DNA of 57,758 nt, from the NCBI RefSeq assembly GCF_006345805.1, contig NW_021833600.1:1-57758 (forward strand). The letters are read 5' to 3'. The DNA is from Octopus sinensis (taxonomy: Eukaryota). Each line of letters opens with the position of its first letter. The stretch's first letter is position 1. This document shows positions 52,842-57,758 of this stretch, in pieces. The notes beneath the pieces were generated by a model. It was not told the origin of the DNA and searched no databases. It saw only the letters and a list, made by a program, of their open reading frames with translations. Position numbers and translations under genes: made by a program.

Positions 52842-53654
52842 CATATGTATTTAATACACACATATGCATACACATACATGTGAATACGTACAAATACACA
52901 TCCTTTCAATTAAGCCTGGCTGTCAACGGAGATGAGTCACAGAAACTGGATGGATTCAAATGGAAGCATCATCAGCTGGTGTGGGTGAGGCAGCTATAAG
53001 GGTTCGACTCTCAACAGCAACACAGTCATCCTCATGTGACTCATTTACCTTGTTGACATCAAAATTTAATTTCTTTGAACATTTAAAAACATCCATTTTA
53101 CCATCCAATCTCGGATTAGTCATAAAACACTTTTATTTCATACATACATGTGTGTGTGTGTGTGTGTGTATATATATGTATGTATGTATGTATATATATA
53201 TATATATATATACATATATATACATATATATATATATACATATATATATATACACACATATATACATGTATGTATATATATATATATATTGCGGTGGGCA
53301 CATGACAAACACCATCCGATCGTGGCCGTTCGCCAGCCTCATCTAGCACCTGTGTCGGTGGCACATAAAAACACCATCCGAAGACCCGGCAAGACTAGTC
53401 AGGCCATAACCCATGGCCCCTACCTGGGACGTAGTCAGTCCACCTGTGCATACCTTCCTTCTTGTGACACTTGTGAAGACCTGTTGAGGCAAGTGAAAAA
53501 TCAAATCAAAACAAATCAAAATAGATGAACATCAATGGAATTTGTATCTTTGTGGTACCAGTGCCGGTAGCACGTGGCACATAAGAGAAAACATCCGAAC
53601 GTGGCCGTAGCCAGTACCGCATCGACTGGCCTCCGTGCGTGGGCACGTAACAAG

Positions 53655-53965
53655 CACCATCCGATCGTGGCCGTTTGCCAGCCTCATCTGGCACCTGTGT
53701 CGGTGGCACATAAAAAACACCATCCGAGCGTGGCCGTCTGCCAGCCTCGTCTGGCACCTGTGTCGGTGGCACATAAAAACACCATCCGAGCGTGGCCGTC
53801 TGCCAGCCTCGTCTGGCACCTGTGTCGGTGGCACATAAAAAACACCATCCGAGCGTGGCCGTCTGCCAGCCTCGTCTGGCACCTGTGTCGGTGGCACATA
53901 AAAAACACCATCCGAGCGTGGCCGTTTGCCAGCCTCGTCTGGCACCTGTGTCGGTGGCACATAAA
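53655..53965 (+). repeat. Five near-identical 62-63 bp tandem units derived from the family C head
   Basis: CACCATCCGA anchors at 53655, 53718, 53780, 53843 and 53906. Confidence 0.95.
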
Positions 53966-53970
53966 ATCAC

Positions 53971-54115
53971 ATTACATTATTTACATTTGACGTATACTTG
54001 TCCTCATCTTGTTTGTTGTTAACACAACATTTCGGCTGATATACCCTCCAGCCTTCATCAGGCGTCTTGGGGAATATTCGAACCTGGGTTCTCATTCCTA
54101 AGGTATTTTTCAATG

Positions 54116-54161
<46 letters not shown>

Positions 54162-54427
54162 GGTCACTGCTTGGAACCGAACTCAGAATCTTGGGGTTAG
54201 TAGCCCACACTCTTAACCACTATGCCATATGCCAAAAAAGGCATATAATAACATCGAACAATATCTTAGGAATGAGAACCCAGGTTCGAAATTTCCCTAA
54301 GACACCTGATGAAGGCTGGGGGGTATATCAGCCATGTTAACAACAAACAAGATGAGGACAAATATCCGTCAAATGTAAATATTGTAAATAATGTACATAA
54401 TTCCTCATCTCTTAAATATAGAACTGT
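53971..54427. mobile_element. H1 element (53971-54233, minus) plus an inverted partial copy (about 54240-54427, plus)
   Basis: Complete 72-nt tRNA-like module at 54162-54233; HHR at 54021-54066 (-); GAAA-deleted HHR at 54301-54345 (+). Confidence 0.8.
54021..54066 (-). ncRNA. Minimal type I hammerhead motif (H1)
   Basis: GACGC-CUGAUGA-A-GGCUG-GAGGGUAUAU-CAGCC-GAAA-UG-UU-GUGUU. Confidence 0.65.
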
Positions 54428-54614
54428 ATACTCCTTAATGTTGCCTCCAATTTTTTCGATTATCTATTCACTCACGACAGATGCCCAAATGCAAACCTGG
54501 AAGTAGGTATAATATTACTATGGGATAGCACAAGGTAAATCTGAAGGATGGACACGCTTTATACTGAACTATGTTCTTAACAGAATATATATATAAATGT
54601 TTCTTTTCTGTGTA

Positions 54615-54652
54615 TCTTTCTGTCGAAGAGCGTAGGCTCGAAACGTAAAAGA
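54615..54652 (+). ncRNA. Minimal HHR-like motif (H2, A6U variant) in an element at about 54597-54750
   Basis: UCUUU-CUGUCGA-A-GAGC-GUAG-GCUC-GAAA-CG-UA-AAAGA. Confidence 0.55.
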
Positions 54653-54908
54653 CTTGTTTTATTTATATTCCTGAGCGCCATACTAATACAATTGTTTGTT
54701 TGTATTCCACCTGCCTTCGTCTTTTGTCTATTTTCATAAAGCTTCCCGTTATATATATATATATATATATATATATGTAGGTCCCGGTTGATCCGGGGTT
54801 AACCACAGTAAGTAAGGTACTCAATACATAGCAGAGTAAAATTAATTTATTATATAGAAGGAGCTTCTACAGGACTAGTACTGTTTCATTCAAGAGAAAT
54901 CTTCAGGA

Positions 54909-54959
54909 AGCTTCCTGAAGATTTCTCTTGAATGAAACAGTACTAGTCCTGTAGAAGCT
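54909..54959 (+). ncRNA. Type I hammerhead ribozyme (family H5); mirror copy at 54862-54912 on minus
   Basis: AGCUUC-CUGAAGA-U-UUC-UCUU-GAA-U-GAAA-CAG-UACUAGUC-CUG-UA-GAAGCU. 4-bp helix III, GUA triplet, predicted cut after 54953; U.U at the base of stem II. Confidence 0.65.
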
Positions 54960-54969
54960 CCTCTATATA

Positions 54970-55012
<43 letters not shown>

Positions 55013-55139
55013 AGAGAGAGAGAGAGAGAGAACAATAGTGACATATATATAATGTCTAAAAGTTGATGAATACTACCTATTGATCCCCTCCATTTTCTTA
55101 TTGCTCTATAAATTAATGATAAAATAACTCTTTACCCTT

Positions 55140-55241
55140 CACCCACCTGAGAGTGGAATATGTTGAAATAAAAATCACAATTAACTGATCCTCCTGTATT
55201 TTCTTTTACCCAAAGCCAGGAACTTTTCAGCACCCCATCAT
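55140..55241 (-). mobile_element. Mariner-type transposon end, same family as 10186-10390
   Basis: AAAGCCAGGAACTTTTCAGCACCCC on +. Confidence 0.65.
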
Positions 55242-55252
55242 GTATGTATGTA

Positions 55253-55322
<70 letters not shown>

Positions 55323-55421
55323 ATATATATATAATATATATGTAGGTCCCGGGTTGAGTCGGGGTTAACCACAGTAAATAAGGTACTCAATACATAGCAG
55401 AGTAAATTAATTTATTTTATA

Positions 55422-55463
<42 letters not shown>

Positions 55464-56298
55464 CATTTACATATATATTTATTTATTTATTTATTTTTTA
55501 TTTAATTTATTTATTGTGTGTGTATTTCTGTATCATCATTCTTGTCATTTTATTGACCACTTCTCACGTTTGCATCAGTCAGAGAGAATTTGTTGAGATA
55601 GAGTTTTCTATGAATGAATGTCCTTCCTGTCATCAACCCTCGTTTGTTTCCAAGTAAGGTAATATTTCATCCTGGCCGGACATGTTATGACTAGTAACCA
55701 GATCAATGCCATCACTTGCATAACAACGATACTTAAAACAATAACATGATGTCAAGACAAGGAGACACAAACACACGCATATACGCACACACACACACAC
55801 ACACAAACAAACACACACATATGATAAGCAGATTTCAGTTTTCATCCACCAAATCCACTCACAAAGCTGTACGGTGACCTGGGACTATAGTAGAAGACAC
55901 TTGCCCAAGACACCTCATAGTGGGACTAAACCCAGGACTGAACCCGGAACCCTCTGGTTGAGAAGCAAACTTCTTAACCGCAAGCGATGTCTATTAAATG
56001 TATTTCATTTATTGCTTATGTATTTATATATTTACCGTCCCTTTCACAGTTCGTTTCATTCAAAATTTGTTCAAGTTCATTAGAATTAAACAAGACAACG
56101 ACAATGTCATTAGCAAAGTGTAAGTTAAATGACTTTAAAATTCATTACATTTATTCTTTACTTCATCCTAGCAAAGTATTTTAAAGATGCCTCCTAAACT
56201 CATCTTTAAAGAAATTAGGTGATTATCTATCTCCCTGTCTTACTCCTCTTCCAGTATTGATCTCGCCACTTCCTACAGATGATATTCTCCAGCCCTTT

Positions 56299-56718
56299 AC
56301 TCTTTTGCTTGTTTCGGCCACCTGACTGTGGCCATGCTGGAGCACCGCTTTTAGTCGAGCAAATCGACCCCAGGACTTATTCTTTGTAAGCCTAGTACTT
56401 ATTCTATTGGTCTCTTTTACCAAACCGCTAAGTTACGGGGACATAAACACAAGCAGCATCGGTTGTCAAGTGATGTTGGGGGGACAAACACAAACACACA
56501 AACGTATACACATACACATACATATATATATGTACATACATATATATATATACACAACGGGCTTCTTTCAGTTTCCATCTACCAAATCCACTCACAAGGC
56601 TTTGGTTGGCCCGAGGCTATAGTAGAAGACACTTGCCCAAGGTGCCACCCAGTGGGACAGAACCCGGAACTATGTGGTTCGTAAGCAAGCTACTTACCAC
56701 ACAGCCACGCCTACGCCT
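56299..56718 (-). mobile_element. SINE family A, full-length copy
   Basis: Homologous to 11236-11640. Confidence 0.9.
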
Positions 56719-56719
56719 A

Positions 56720-57150
56720 TAGATTTTCTCAATAATCTATATCTATAAGTTTGATATACCCCCAGATCAATAAGCTATTCAAGCACAACCAGGATTTTAA
56801 TGCTGTCGAAGGTTTTTCTCACAATCAATAACGCCTAAGCATAACAGTTGACTGTGTTTCTCCATATTTCTGAATAACTCGGTTCGTGACCTGTAAACAG
56901 TCAGTTATTGAAAATTCGCTAACAAAACCCCCTGCATGTGAGCTCTTCACTGATTGGATTGAAGTCTGAAATGGCACCGATGTGATTTGTAACCACTTTA
57001 GCGATTTCACAATAACAACTATATCACCGTATGATGAGGGTACTATAATAACAACTGATGAACATATTCATCTTGGGCTGCTGGGAAAGCAGCTGTTTGA
57101 AGGAAGTGAGAAGAGAGACAATTCCAAGCCAGGTGGTGAGATTTTTCCAT
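56720..57150 (-). mobile_element. RTE-type LINE reverse transcriptase fragment (pseudogenised)
   Basis: HAGGFVSEFSITDCLQVTNRVIQKY resembles QAGFRSGFSTTDHLQVxNQVIEK, followed by IDCEK(T)FDS resembling FIDYEKAFDS; frameshifts and stops. Confidence 0.7.
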
Positions 57151-57348
57151 GAGAAACATCAAGTAACATAGGTGCAGGTGTGGCTGTGTGGTAAGAAGTT
57201 TGCTTCCTTAACCACATGGTTCTAGGTCCAATCCCACAGCATGACACCTTGGGGAAGTGTCTTCTACTACAGCTTCAGGCAGACCAAAGCCTTGTTATGG
57301 AATTTTGTAAATGGAAATTGAAAGAAGCCTATCGTATGTATGTGTGTG

Positions 57349-57394
<46 letters not shown>

Positions 57395-57758
57395 CATATA
57401 TATATATGTGTGTGTGTGTGTGTGTATATATACACGCATGGCTCAGTGATCGAGTTTACGATTGTGAAGTTGTGAGTTCAAATGCCGGACCGGGCTGCGT
57501 GTTGTGTTCTTGAGCAAGACACTTTATTTCATGTTGCTCCAGTTCCCTCAGCCGTAGAAATGAGTTGCGACATCACAGGTACCATATATATACATGTATA
57601 TTTATCGGTGCTGCCTAACTGGCTCCCATGCTGGTGGCACATACAAAGCACCATTTAAGCGTGGTCAATGCCAGTGGCGCCTGATTGGATCCTGTGCTGG
57701 TGGTACATAAAAAGCATCCACTACACTCTTGGAGTGGTTGGCCTAAGGAAGGGCATCC

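Larger units (their letters stand above)
8970..57758 (-). other. Putative first intron of endophilin-A (at least 48.8 kb, if exon 1 lies beyond the window)
   Basis: A manual scan found no MxxAGLKKQxxKAxQ-type first exon upstream; the region is repeat-dominated. Inferred from absence. Confidence 0.55.

Noticed and set aside
53506-53990. Repetitive ORFs (MPPTQVPDEAG…, MCHRHRCQ…)
   Set aside because: Translations of the 62-63 bp tandem repeat from family C.
54162-54233. Functional tRNA gene
   Set aside because: The acceptor stem does not pair properly and the module is embedded in a repeat family. The same applies to the SINE A, D and E heads.

Overview
AT-rich eukaryotic DNA saturated with microsatellites and tRNA-derived SINEs. 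The repeat landscape looks like a coleoid cephalopod, probably Octopus; this is pattern recognition, not a database hit. I found one host coding exon: a 69-nt minus-strand exon (8901-8969, YMSEKIGGAKGTELDDDFVEMER) equivalent to exon 2 of endophilin-A. I could not find exons 1 or 3, so most of the window is probably one very large intron. It holds about five SINE families, TTAA-flanked (piggyBac-like) MITEs, a hAT/Buster deletion derivative with a perfect 8-bp TSD, mariner ends, and RTE and L1/Tx1 LINE fragments. Almost all ORFs in the supplied track are microsatellite or SINE artefacts. Main unexpected signals: (1) at least five unrelated sequence families of type I hammerhead ribozyme (HHR) motifs of the Penelope-like/retrozyme kind; (2) one family joins a tRNA-Arg-like Pol III module to an HHR; (3) four HHR loci are divergent inverted pairs, two of them near-perfect palindromes with a complete HHR on each strand (46285-46696, 54845-54975); (4) six regularly spaced Staf/ZNF143-like motifs with unrelated spacers (21501-21790). 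All folds were done by eye and no activity has been tested. Repeat boundaries are approximate unless a TSD or TIR is quoted.
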